DNA of 63,981 bases, counting the filler. It is 6 parts of 6 records of this genome, joined end to end, with 100 filler letters (N's around TTAATTAATTAA, not from the genome) between each part and the next. Parts side by side here need not be neighbours in the genome. Positions count along the whole stretch, not along the records: positions 28,320 to 55,922 come from DRR723986_4185; 5 more parts are not named here. One strand, 5' to 3'. The position numbers were made by a program, and so were the translations under genes. Each line of letters starts with the position of its first letter. The first letter of the stretch is position 1. Below the pieces are notes generated by a model. It had not been told where the DNA came from, made no database searches, and saw nothing but the letters and a program-made list of their open reading frames with translations. Below are positions 29,368-38,895 of the stretch, piece by piece.

Positions 29368-31584
29368 TTAATTGATGATTAATTTTGAAGTAAGTAATTC
29401 TAAGTTTGAAGAGATTTTTAGAATGTAGATACCTTTTTTAGTCACTCTGTTCAATTCTAGAATTCGCTGATTTTGGCCTGCTTTAGTTTCTATAAGATCA
29501 CTTGCCACTAGATTTCCGTCAAGATTATAAACGCCTAATTGCATCTGCCCTCCAAATTTTGACTCAAACTGAATATTAGTCTTTTCCTGGAATGGGTTTG
29601 GGTAAGCTTTTATCGATAAGACAGAGTTCTTTTGATTTTCATTTCTATTTGAAAAGCGAATCTCACTCAGGTTCATAGCTATTAAGCCCTGATTTTGAGA
29701 GGTAAAGGAAAGGATGACCAAATCATCAAGTTTCACATTTTCTGAAAACTCATTTGATCGAAAATTACTCAAGGGTATACTATAGCTTTTGATTTCTTTG
29801 CTTAGGTTAAAAGTATAGTAGTAATGAGCGTCGAAGTTCTCTACTGATTTTTTCACAAAACGTATGGTCATTTCTCCTTGACCGGAAGCTTTAAAATTTA
29901 AGAAGTTGAACTCACTCAAGTCCTCAGGTACTGCCCCTCCTTTTATGGTCTTATACACAGTGGCATAATCAGATCCAGAAGCAGAAAACGCTACATTTCG
30001 TAAAATAGGATAGTCGCCGTCCAAAACTTCAAAATTGTCTGTGTTGCTAATTTGATTTTGAATGATACTACCACCCGTTGGGATGTAATGTGCCCAAATC
30101 CCATCACTTTGATAGAGGTAATCATTTTTGATGCTTTTATCTATCAAACTTATACTTACCTCAGAATAATCTTTTGCATCGATTTCCACTGAAGATGTTC
30201 CCATGGGGGTCAATTCCACCTCCATAGTACTCGTAATCATAGTCTGTGAATTTTCATTTGGTTTGGAAGTAAGTTGGATTGTAGCTGAGGTTTCAAGCGT
30301 TCGGTTCCAGATTTTTAAAGACACCTTGCTTGGATCATTTGTGATTCTATAGGTTTTGCTCACAAAAATTCCCGGTGTTGTTTTAGACACTGTCTGATGC
30401 AGTGATCCGAAGTTTTTCACTTGGGATAAAATATTTTCAATCATCAACTGAAGGAGTTTTCCATCAGCACTCCAAAATTGGAAGTTGTAAAAACTTGGCT
30501 CTGAAACATAATCTTCCAAAAGCCATGCGGATTGCAAATGCATTTCATTCGAAGCTGGAGTAATTCCGATGGAAAAAGAGATTGAATATTCATTTAGGCC
30601 AGAGGTTGGTTTCAGCAAGCTCCTGATCAAATTAAATTCACCAATCTGAATACTGTCAATTGCCAAAATTTCAGCCCCCTTTAACCTATCACACACGTAT
30701 TTGGAGTGCTCGTAAACCTTTTCCGATGTTTTAGTAGCAAAGAAAGTCGCAAGGTTATTTCCTTGATTCAGAAAGTCAACTGATACAACTTCCTCGGCAT
30801 TGGTGATAGCTAACAACTCTTCTGGACTGGTAAGGTACCCCACAAAATTCTCTCCCAGGATTTGTTCATCTGGGATTAAAGAAGAGAGTTCAAATCCGTT
30901 TACTTTAGCTTTTCTATAATTTTTTAGAGTTTCTTTCTCTTTGTAGTTCAAGGTGTTTTTTCCACTGGAGAATCTTTCAAAAACCTGCTCTACCACTGCA
31001 GTACCCAGACTTCTACTTTCCAATCCACCGTCATTTCCAGAGCTTACCCGCAAATTTTCTTCAGAAACTAACTTTACTTCAGCTGATGAGCCCGAAGTCA
31101 ATGGGTAGGTACAGGTGCAATAAGGTAATCCGTCAATTGGGTCTGTTAATTCTAAAGTGATTAGACCTGCGGTGGGAAGGTTATTGTTGTAAAAAGTATA
31201 TTTCACCTCATTTCCATTTGGAATTCCTGGAGGATTAAATGGACTTCCAGATTCATTGTTGCCAAATTCCCAATCTAAGTAAGTATTGCCGTCGGTAGTT
31301 GTGATCCATGATTTAGTCACAACTGGTGGAAAAATGATTGGCTCCGCCCAGCCAAAGGTGAAATTCCCTTGATTTGATTTGGAAAGTGCACTTAGGAAAT
31401 AAATGCTTGCAGGACTGATGTTTGAGGCATATTCAGTAACCTTCTGTCCGTTCCCGTTATTTCTTTTGTAAAGCTCAGGACAACGTCTGTTTCCAACTTG
31501 CTGGCTTAAAGCCATATGACTTATGCTTGTTATTAAAGTCCAAAGCACAATGAAAATTAGTTTGGAAAGTAGTTTTTTTAGCAT
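29368..31584 (-). CDS. Secreted protein with T9SS type A C-terminal sorting domain; possible CBM11/CIA30-like module before the CTD
   Basis: Signal peptide MLKKLLSKLIFIVLW...ALS-QQ; C-terminus IKAYPNPF...VYNLDG...GIYILKI...KLIIN. Confidence 0.85.
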   Translation of the reverse strand: MLKKLLSKLIFIVLWTLITSISHMALSQQVGNRRCPELYKRNNGNGQKVTEYASNISPASIYFLSALSKSNQGNFTFGWAEPIIFPPVVTKSWITTTDGNTYLDWEFGNNESGSPFNPPGIPNGNEVKYTFYNNNLPTAGLITLELTDPIDGLPYCTCTYPLTSGSSAEVKLVSEENLRVSSGNDGGLESRSLGTAVVEQVFERFSSGKNTLNYKEKETLKNYRKAKVNGFELSSLIPDEQILGENFVGYLTSPEELLAITNAEEVVSVDFLNQGNNLATFFATKTSEKVYEHSKYVCDRLKGAEILAIDSIQIGEFNLIRSLLKPTSGLNEYSISFSIGITPASNEMHLQSAWLLEDYVSEPSFYNFQFWSADGKLLQLMIENILSQVKNFGSLHQTVSKTTPGIFVSKTYRITNDPSKVSLKIWNRTLETSATIQLTSKPNENSQTMITSTMEVELTPMGTSSVEIDAKDYSEVSISLIDKSIKNDYLYQSDGIWAHYIPTGGSIIQNQISNTDNFEVLDGDYPILRNVAFSASGSDYATVYKTIKGGAVPEDLSEFNFLNFKASGQGEMTIRFVKKSVENFDAHYYYTFNLSKEIKSYSIPLSNFRSNEFSENVKLDDLVILSFTSQNQGLIAMNLSEIRFSNRNENQKNSVLSIKAYPNPFQEKTNIQFESKFGGQMQLGVYNLDGNLVASDLIETKAGQNQRILELNRVTKKGIYILKISSNLELLTSKLIIN

Positions 31585-31612
31585 GACTCCGATTGTTAAG
31601 TGGTAATACTTA

Positions 31613-31629
31613 TTCAATCTGTAAGCCAA
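31613..31629 (-). promoter_or_regulatory. sigma54-like promoter of the T9SS cargo gene
   Basis: Minus strand TTGGCTTACAGATTGAA (GG-N10-GA), 28 bp before the ATG; IHF-like AATCAATAAGTTG at 31646-31658. Confidence 0.65.
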
Positions 31630-31671
31630 CTCATAAAAACCTTAAAATCAATAAGTTGCATTTGGCACACC

Positions 31672-31715
31672 TTCCATTATTAGGAATATTTGGTGAAATA
31701 TTCCAAAATATGGAA
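31672..31715. promoter_or_regulatory. Tandem palindromic operator pair 1 (putative bEBP enhancer)
   Basis: TTCCATTATTAGGAA (31672-31686) and TTCCAAAATATGGAA (31701-31715). Confidence 0.7.
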
Positions 31716-31720
31716 AATAC

Positions 31721-32212
31721 TTAGTGGTTTTTAAATGTAAAATACTTTTGAAGTAAAAAATTCACTGTCAATACGATGACTGTAGAGAAGATTTTGGCCA
31801 GGGTGGGTTCCATTTCAAAAAATACAATCAATCCTTTGAGGATCAGGTAATCACTGCCAAGGCCTTGCCCAACTACTAATATGTACTTAAATAGTTGTTT
31901 TGTGGTTTTCTTGCCTCCAGAGGGAGCGCTCTTAAAAGCGAAATTTTTACTCAACCAAAACCCTGTAGGAATGGTGACGAAAAAAGCAATAAGTAAGGCA
32001 AGCGTGTAAGAGGCTATTGAGTAGTCAAGTATTACCCAACCTTCTTTAGGAAGGATAAACTCATACAAAACTGCAAATAATAGGATGTTTAAAGCGGTAT
32101 TGATCGCTCCTACAGCCAAATAGGCATAGACATCATAGGCAAGCCATTTTCTGAAAAGAGGATAAAATAGCTGCAGGAAAGCTTCTATCGCCCGGCTAAG
32201 TAGTGAGATCAT
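31721..32212 (-). CDS. GtrA family membrane protein (lipid-P-sugar flippase-like)
   Basis: Four TMs; YLAVGAINT, FWLSKNFAF, AKIFSTVIV..NFLLQKYFTF; ATGA overlap with the GT4 gene. Confidence 0.88.
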   Translation of the reverse strand: MISLLSRAIEAFLQLFYPLFRKWLAYDVYAYLAVGAINTALNILLFAVLYEFILPKEGWVILDYSIASYTLALLIAFFVTIPTGFWLSKNFAFKSAPSGGKKTTKQLFKYILVVGQGLGSDYLILKGLIVFFEMEPTLAKIFSTVIVLTVNFLLQKYFTFKNH

Positions 32213-33390
32213 TTTCTTTGGTTCAAGAGAGTGTGGATGTGGCTTAAGTACCATTGTGCGAGTTCTCCCATAGGTAGCCCTTTGGCGGCTTTGTAGTTTT
32301 GGTCTTCGATCTTCTTACGTTCTTCTGGGTTATCTATCAAGCTAGCAACTGCCTGAGCGAGACTCGCAGCATCATCAGTTTCGAAATAGGCTCCACCATA
32401 TCCTTCTTCGTCTACCACCCGTTCGAGATCATCAATTTTTGGTAGTATGCACGCTCGTCCATAACTTCCTGCCTGATGCAGAATGCCTGAGCTTCCTGTA
32501 GTAGTAGTGTAAGGGAAAATTACAAATGTGCTTTCCCAGAAGATTTGAGAGACCTTTTCCTCCGGGATATATCCGGTGTACTCTACATTGGGTAGATGAG
32601 CATATTTATTTTTTAGGCTGTCGATATAGCCTTTCACGTTGGGATTATCTGTGCCTGCTACGGTGGAGGTGAATTCCAATTCAGGATATTTTTTCTGAAG
32701 AATTTCCATTGCATCTATCATCACCTCAGCTTTTTTGTAGGTACCAAATTTCCCAAAAGCCATCAAGTTGATCTTGTTTGAGCCTTCTGGAACGTAGTTA
32801 CGCTCGGGAAGCTCGAAGTTTCCATGAGGAAGAAGAATCACATTCTCAGCCTTATATTTTTCCTTGAGAATGGTGACATATTGGGAAATCGTAACACCCA
32901 CTAGATCTGCCTTGAGAATGAATTTGGTGAGTTGCTCACCTATCCAAAGGAAAAGATTGCCTTTCAATTTGCTATCAGCCATCCCTATGGTATCCAATTT
33001 TACCGTTTCGGTAATATTATGAAGGATGACTACGGAGGGTATATTCAGCTTTTTAAACATCCAGGGAGTAAGTAAACCTAATGCCGCAGGAATTTTGCCA
33101 GCACCAAAAGTCATGAACTGTAGGTTTAAAATTACTGCGTCTGGAGCCAGCTCTTTTAGCTTTTTCTTCAGATTCAAAACTGTAAACCAGCTATCAAAAT
33201 CCCAACACGGGATAATTTCCAGTCCATCCGTAGCGTACCTGGAATATTGGCTATTGTCCTCCAGATTGTTGGTGAGAATATAGATCTTTTCTATGCCCTT
33301 TTTGCCGATGAAGCTTCGGGAAAGATGGTACCCGTATTCATTAAGGGTCACTTGACTTGGTGGGTAGGGAGTAATGAAGGCTAATTTCAT
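32209..33390 (-). CDS. GT4 family glycosyltransferase
   Basis: ITPYPPS..LNEY, AFGKFGTYKK, IFPYTTTTGSSGILHQA; GT-B fold pattern. Confidence 0.88.
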   Translation of the reverse strand: MKLAFITPYPPSQVTLNEYGYHLSRSFIGKKGIEKIYILTNNLEDNSQYSRYATDGLEIIPCWDFDSWFTVLNLKKKLKELAPDAVILNLQFMTFGAGKIPAALGLLTPWMFKKLNIPSVVILHNITETVKLDTIGMADSKLKGNLFLWIGEQLTKFILKADLVGVTISQYVTILKEKYKAENVILLPHGNFELPERNYVPEGSNKINLMAFGKFGTYKKAEVMIDAMEILQKKYPELEFTSTVAGTDNPNVKGYIDSLKNKYAHLPNVEYTGYIPEEKVSQIFWESTFVIFPYTTTTGSSGILHQAGSYGRACILPKIDDLERVVDEEGYGGAYFETDDAASLAQAVASLIDNPEERKKIEDQNYKAAKGLPMGELAQWYLSHIHTLLNQRK

Positions 33391-33947
33391 AGTGTCGGGG
33401 GTGTGGTTTTTTCCTCTATAAATCTGATGGCATCTAATCTCCAGTTGTCTCCTTGGAATAGAAGGCTAACTGCAATTTTTGCTTCGCTGGTTTGGCTGGT
33501 GTTATCAGGAAACTGATACTGGAATACAGCTAAACTGTCTAGTATATTACATGCTAGTCCGTCTTTTGACCAAGTTTTTATCTGAATAGCATGACTTAAG
33601 TTCGTTCGTCGGATGGGACCGGGTGGGCCTTCTTGATAGTTCTCAGCAAGATTGACGTAGAATCGTTCTGTAAATCGTTCTTTATTGGGCTTAGGGTTAG
33701 AATGCTGATAGAGCTCGTTCAGATGAGCCCAAATTGCTGCATAATCTTCCAAAAGCTTTTCTATTTGCTGTTCAAAAGGAACAATAACTGATTCAATTTC
33801 TAGGTCAATTTGAGGGTTAGAATTAGCTGCAATCGAATCATATCTAAGAAAATAGGGGACATCATCATTTTTTACCTGAAGTCGGGACATGGAGATCAGT
33901 AATGCCCCAACTATCAGTAGAAATCCTAGGAATATCCATCTGGTCAT
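33387..33947 (-). CDS. Hypothetical membrane-anchored protein, probable NTF2-like fold
   Basis: N-terminal TM; helix-helix-strand pattern ending VSLLFQGDNWRLD; 4-bp overlaps at both ends. Confidence 0.7.
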   Translation of the reverse strand: MTRWIFLGFLLIVGALLISMSRLQVKNDDVPYFLRYDSIAANSNPQIDLEIESVIVPFEQQIEKLLEDYAAIWAHLNELYQHSNPKPNKERFTERFYVNLAENYQEGPPGPIRRTNLSHAIQIKTWSKDGLACNILDSLAVFQYQFPDNTSQTSEAKIAVSLLFQGDNWRLDAIRFIEEKTTPPTL

Positions 33948-34765
33948 AGCTTCTGGATAGTTAAGGTTTGAGAATAAATGTGAGCAATTCTTACTTTTAT
34001 TTTACCATTTTCTACTTCGGAGTAGGGTGAAGTCAGAATACTGTAACCATCTTTTACTACTGCTTCAATTCTTTTTTGGTAGTTGTCTTTTTCAAAGAGA
34101 AATAACACGAGAGTACCATCTGCTACCTCGTTTTTATATTGATCTACTAGTGGGCCAGCTTTGAATGTAACCGTGCTTGCATAATCATCAATTGAAATAC
34201 TTAGGGGAATTTCAGTGACAGTTCCAGGGTCTACATAGAAACTGGATTGTCTGCTTGCTGTTATGCCTTTGAATGTTCCTGTTTTTGGATTTAATCCTAT
34301 TGAATTTTCCTTGAAGTATACCCCTTCTTCCAAAACAGATAGGTTACCTGAATGGTCGTAGGAATATAGAATTTGTTGCTGAATCATTGAAGAATCAGTA
34401 TTGACAGTTTTCGGACTTCGCAGATCTACCAAATTGCGCGTTTCTTTAGGGTTTCTGAGATAAATAGGATAAACAAATTGATCCTCTCCTGCCTGAAGCG
34501 TAAGGTAAGCAGAGCCTTCTATTACTCCATTTTTCGGATTGATAGAAATGCTTAATTGTTGCTCATGTTGGGTTACTTCAGGATAAATAACCTGAACTGC
34601 CGTACTCACCCAGGCCTGCCATTCACGTGCTTCTGCCTCAAATAGAAGACTGTCTCGGTTGACCACAAATGTTGTTTTTGGATTCAATATCTCAGGTTTT
34701 GTAACCTTTTCTTGCTGGCAGCCAAAAAGTAAGTTACCTATCATGAATAATAGTAGTCGTTTCAT
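33944..34765 (-). CDS. Hypothetical lipoprotein with Ig-like C-terminal module
   Basis: MKRLLLFMIGNLLFG-C lipobox; LVDQYKNEVADGTLVLF resembles the Big-1 'D..GN.V.DGT.V.F' pattern. Confidence 0.7.
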   Translation of the reverse strand: MKRLLLFMIGNLLFGCQQEKVTKPEILNPKTTFVVNRDSLLFEAEAREWQAWVSTAVQVIYPEVTQHEQQLSISINPKNGVIEGSAYLTLQAGEDQFVYPIYLRNPKETRNLVDLRSPKTVNTDSSMIQQQILYSYDHSGNLSVLEEGVYFKENSIGLNPKTGTFKGITASRQSSFYVDPGTVTEIPLSISIDDYASTVTFKAGPLVDQYKNEVADGTLVLFLFEKDNYQKRIEAVVKDGYSILTSPYSEVENGKIKVRIAHIYSQTLTIQKL

Positions 34766-37700
34766 TGAAGGTAGATTTCTTGAGATAAAAAACAATGAGG
34801 CAATAAGCTGATTCTTTCATTTGGGGAAGGTTGACTTGCTGGTAATTCGTCTAGCATTTGTCTCCTTTGACCGTTAATTTGAAGTTCTATCGGTAGGTGG
34901 GTGAGGACCTTTGAGTTTGAACCTATTTTTTGGAAAGGAATTTCAAAATTACCTTCCAGCCCGCTACGTATAGATTTAGGATAGGTCCATAGGTCTACCT
35001 GAAGGATCCTTCCTAGATCGTCTTTTTCAGAAATAAGTACACCCGGGATAGTTATTTCTACGGTAAAGGGATTTTTCATGGAAGCTTCAAACAGCATTTC
35101 ATCTGGAGTTTCTGTGAGTGTCTTATAGCCTAATTCGCCACCTCTGATATAGCCACGCTCACTGATGTCAGTTTCTAACTCCAGCCTGATTGATGTAATT
35201 TTCTTTTGGTCTTCCAACTCTTGCATTCCCAGTGGTAACTGAAACCAGGTAGAAGCCTTTGGTGCAAGATTGTAATGGAAATTTGTTTTCGGGAAAAATG
35301 TAGCTGAGCTATCATTTTCATAAGTTACCACGGCTTTTAGTGCTAAAGTGATCGGGATATTATCGGCGTTGATCAGCTCTCCGGTAAGGTTATATTCTTC
35401 ACCTACTTGAATCAAATTTGCCTGATAAAATCCAGCAAATGGCTTCTTGATCCGGTCGTCTTTTACGGTTGGAAAACTACTGATTTTACGCTTCCCCATT
35501 TTCTTGAATAGTGTGTAATTGTAAGTAATTACTTGTTCTTCAGGGATTTCCAAATCAAGTTTAGGAGGGGTGATGTACCATTTGGACCCTAGTTTTTCCA
35601 AGTTCATCACTTCTTGCTTCTCCCTATTGCCTAAAGAAGTTCTCCAAGTGCTTAGGACGTTCATTTTGGCTGAATTTTCCTCTAGCTCTAGCGTATCTAT
35701 TTTGAGTGCATCTAGCTTTGCAAAAGATGGCAATAAACCTCCATCGCTTACTGATTTTTCCAGTAAATATTGATCAAGACTATAGGAAGGCCCGGGGGTA
35801 AAAAATTGAAATGCTTCTTCAAATCGCTGGAAATCTAAATCATCAAAATGGGAATAAATTGTAGTCGTAGGGTCCTTTTGCTCATCGATCAGTAAAAGCT
35901 CATAGATCTGAAAGACCAAAAAGCTGCTGAACATAACAAAGGGCAGCCATGCTGTCAAATAAATTACCGGTTTGGGATATATGCTCACTTCTTCATCTGC
36001 TACCAGCTCTTCCTGAGTTTTTTTGAAATAGAATAAGTAAACAAAAGTGAGACCTATAGCAACCAGTAAAGTAGATATGGGGAGAATTCCCCAAGCTTTT
36101 TTAAGCAAAGGATTTAGCTCTTTCGGTTTGATGGGTTGTATGGTGGAAATATTGCCTTTTTCCCAAACCATGATCCCATTTTCTAAACTAATGGTTCTAT
36201 TCCAGCCAGTGTAAAAGAGGAGAGGATCATAATACCTGTCATTGCTGAACACGTATTTCAGCTGGTATTTTTCTGCTACGGTGAGGAAGTCGTTCAATGA
36301 AGCCATGCCTTCTTCCATTAGGTATTTTGCATTTTCCAATCTTTCCACTGCGCGGGAAGTCATTTCGGGAAGCCTTCTGGCGGAGTGGTAGTTGCCATCA
36401 ATTGTAGCTGCCAGAGTATTGGAAGAAAGCCAGGCCATTTGGTCCCCGAAGCCAAGCGTCAGAAAGCGCCAACGCATGTGATCGTCCCGGTTTAGAAAAT
36501 TGATGATGGGCTCAATCTCCACAGATTTGGGCTGTAGCGGGCGAAAACTAGCCAAATGAAAAATGTATATGATAAATAGCAGATAGGAAAAACCGCTCAC
36601 TCCTGAGATAAGGAAGTGTGAAGTTTCCCCGTATTTTTTTGTCCAATAATTTTTGATGTTTCCGCCTAAAAAGGAAACCAGCAAATGACTCATGTATGGT
36701 ATGGCGATGATAGAAGCCCAAAATCCAAAACGATCCAGGGTCAAGATATTGAATGCGGCTTCGCCTAGCATAAGTCTGGGAAGGGGGGTGGTGCCGCCAC
36801 TTCCAAGTAAAAGGCAGATATAGAAGGAAACTGCCCATCCTAGGTGTCTTTTCTTTCGGGTGATCAAAAAGGAGATCGCCGGAAGCAAGGCGAAAATCAG
36901 TAGTAGAGGGATGATATAAAAAACCAATCCTGAGCTGGTAACCTCGAGAAAATTATCTCTCGATCCATGAGGAATTGATACTTGACTGATAGGGTCCGTT
37001 CGACTCCAATACCAATACGGGAAAATCAGCGTAATAGTCAAGATGATTGTTGTAACACCGAAGAGTAGTATTCGCCACATATTACCCCAAATGACTTTTA
37101 GCAAATCAGGGAAAAACCTTCCAAATAGATTCTTTTTTCCCAACTCTGGGTGTCTGTCTATCAGCGCCATTAGTACTGTAGGAGCTATAAAAAACACCAT
37201 TCCAAAAATAGCAGTAACATGATGGGAGCTCACGACTACGCCGATAAAAGCCCAAGCCATGATTAGGTACCTCCAATCAGATGTTTTGAAATATTGGTAA
37301 AGAAAAGGTAATGAGTTTAGCAAGAAAGCCAGTCCTGTGAGCGTGGGTACTTGACCATAAACGTGAAGTGTCTCTACTAGCGAGCTCAATACCACTGCCA
37401 GAATAGCTGCGACTCCAGCAGTCTGCTTCGAATAGAACATCTTGGTGAATCGATAGATTCCGATGATCAAAGCTTCAAAAATCACTATTGAATAGATGCT
37501 AAAGGCAATTTTCAGCGGAAATACTTTACTGATCAGAGCTAGAAGCTGGTGAACTAAAGGTGGATAGCTGATGGTCAGAAAACCCGTATACCAGCGATAT
37601 TCCCACGGCTCAAACCAAAACCTGGAATAATGATCCGCGAAAAACATATGCACATAGGCGTCATAGGTCTGGGGCAAGGTGAAGTAGACAATTATCCCAT

Positions 37701-37785
37701 GAGTAATTAGTCCAAGAGATAAGGCTACCAAAAGCAGCCTTTTCCCTATAAATTCCTCCCATAACATAGTGTCTTGACTCTTCAC
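34762..37785 (-). CDS. 1007-aa multi-pass membrane protein, GT-C-like (PTPS-related) with large extracytoplasmic C-terminus
   Basis: TM1, then TYDAYVH...WYTGF...YPPL loop, more than 10 hydrophobic helices, then soluble domains. Confidence 0.72.
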   Translation of the reverse strand: MKSQDTMLWEEFIGKRLLLVALSLGLITHGIIVYFTLPQTYDAYVHMFFADHYSRFWFEPWEYRWYTGFLTISYPPLVHQLLALISKVFPLKIAFSIYSIVIFEALIIGIYRFTKMFYSKQTAGVAAILAVVLSSLVETLHVYGQVPTLTGLAFLLNSLPFLYQYFKTSDWRYLIMAWAFIGVVVSSHHVTAIFGMVFFIAPTVLMALIDRHPELGKKNLFGRFFPDLLKVIWGNMWRILLFGVTTIILTITLIFPYWYWSRTDPISQVSIPHGSRDNFLEVTSSGLVFYIIPLLLIFALLPAISFLITRKKRHLGWAVSFYICLLLGSGGTTPLPRLMLGEAAFNILTLDRFGFWASIIAIPYMSHLLVSFLGGNIKNYWTKKYGETSHFLISGVSGFSYLLFIIYIFHLASFRPLQPKSVEIEPIINFLNRDDHMRWRFLTLGFGDQMAWLSSNTLAATIDGNYHSARRLPEMTSRAVERLENAKYLMEEGMASLNDFLTVAEKYQLKYVFSNDRYYDPLLFYTGWNRTISLENGIMVWEKGNISTIQPIKPKELNPLLKKAWGILPISTLLVAIGLTFVYLFYFKKTQEELVADEEVSIYPKPVIYLTAWLPFVMFSSFLVFQIYELLLIDEQKDPTTTIYSHFDDLDFQRFEEAFQFFTPGPSYSLDQYLLEKSVSDGGLLPSFAKLDALKIDTLELEENSAKMNVLSTWRTSLGNREKQEVMNLEKLGSKWYITPPKLDLEIPEEQVITYNYTLFKKMGKRKISSFPTVKDDRIKKPFAGFYQANLIQVGEEYNLTGELINADNIPITLALKAVVTYENDSSATFFPKTNFHYNLAPKASTWFQLPLGMQELEDQKKITSIRLELETDISERGYIRGGELGYKTLTETPDEMLFEASMKNPFTVEITIPGVLISEKDDLGRILQVDLWTYPKSIRSGLEGNFEIPFQKIGSNSKVLTHLPIELQINGQRRQMLDELPASQPSPNERISLLPHCFLSQEIYLQ

Positions 37786-37802
37786 GTGCTAATCCTTTTT
37801 TA

Positions 37803-38888
37803 CTAAATATAAAGTTCTCCTTTTACTTTCCTGACTTTAGCGACGTATTCCTTGATTTGTTGCTCATTTTCTTTTTTACAGATAAGCAGTGCCTCGGGTG
37901 TATTGACGATGATCAAATCTTCTAGACCGCCGATCACCATGAGCTTTTGTTCGTTTGAATGAACCAAGCAACCTTTGCTATCTACTAGAATTGTGCTGTT
38001 GCTATTGCTGGCATTCATTTCTTCATCTTTTGAGAAGTTTTCCCAAGCACTATTCCAAGTTCCTAAATCATTCCATGAGAAATCCGAAGGAATTAGAAAG
38101 ACGTTATTAGCTTTCTCCATTATGGCATAATCAATAGAAGTAGAAGGACAAACTTCATAGACTTTTTGGATTGCCTCAGCTTCTTTTTCAGTATTTAAGT
38201 CTGCCTCAATATCTTTAAATAAATCATATATGTATTGAGAATGCTCCCAAAATGAATCAATAATGTCTTCAGCCTTCCAAATAAATATTCCTGAATTCCA
38301 GAGGTAATTTCCTTCTGACAAAAATTCTCTAGCGGTGGATAGGTCAGGCTTCTCCGTGAATCGGTTTACCTGAAAGATTCCTTCGGAGCTTTTGTTCTCA
38401 TCGTACTGAATATAGCCATATCCAGTATTTGGGTGTGTAGGCTTAATACCTAGTGTCACAAAAGAATAGCTACTTGAAGTATAATCTAAAGCCTTTTGGC
38501 AAGTCTGGGTAAACAAATCCAAATCTCCAATCAGGTGGTCACTGGGTGCCACAATTATATTAGCATTTGGGTTGATTTTCTGCAGTTTGAAGGAAATATA
38601 GGCTACACAAGCAGCAGTGTTTTTTCGTTGTGGTTCTGCCACTATGTTTTCTGCAGGGAGCATGGGCAATTGTTCTCTCACGATAGAGACATATTCTTCT
38701 GACGTGACCACGAAAATATTCTCTTCAGGGATAAACGAAGTGTATCGATCATATGTGGACTGGATCAATGTTTTTCCTGTATTTAGTATATCCAAAAATT
38801 GCTTTGGATAGCTGGTTTTGCTCATTGGCCAAAATCTGCTTCCAACTCCTCCGGCCATAATTGCGACGTAATTATTTTGATTTTTCAT
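37803..38888 (-). CDS. manC: Mannose-1-phosphate guanylyltransferase (monofunctional)
   Basis: IMAGGVGSRFWPMS...PKQF, TGYGYI, FTEKP, WNSGIF, SIDYAIMEK, WNDLG; no C-terminal PMI cupin. Confidence 0.95.
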   Translation of the reverse strand: MKNQNNYVAIMAGGVGSRFWPMSKTSYPKQFLDILNTGKTLIQSTYDRYTSFIPEENIFVVTSEEYVSIVREQLPMLPAENIVAEPQRKNTAACVAYISFKLQKINPNANIIVAPSDHLIGDLDLFTQTCQKALDYTSSSYSFVTLGIKPTHPNTGYGYIQYDENKSSEGIFQVNRFTEKPDLSTAREFLSEGNYLWNSGIFIWKAEDIIDSFWEHSQYIYDLFKDIEADLNTEKEAEAIQKVYEVCPSTSIDYAIMEKANNVFLIPSDFSWNDLGTWNSAWENFSKDEEMNASNSNSTILVDSKGCLVHSNEQKLMVIGGLEDLIIVNTPEALLICKKENEQQIKEYVAKVRKVKGELYI

Positions 38889-38895
38889 AAGATTA

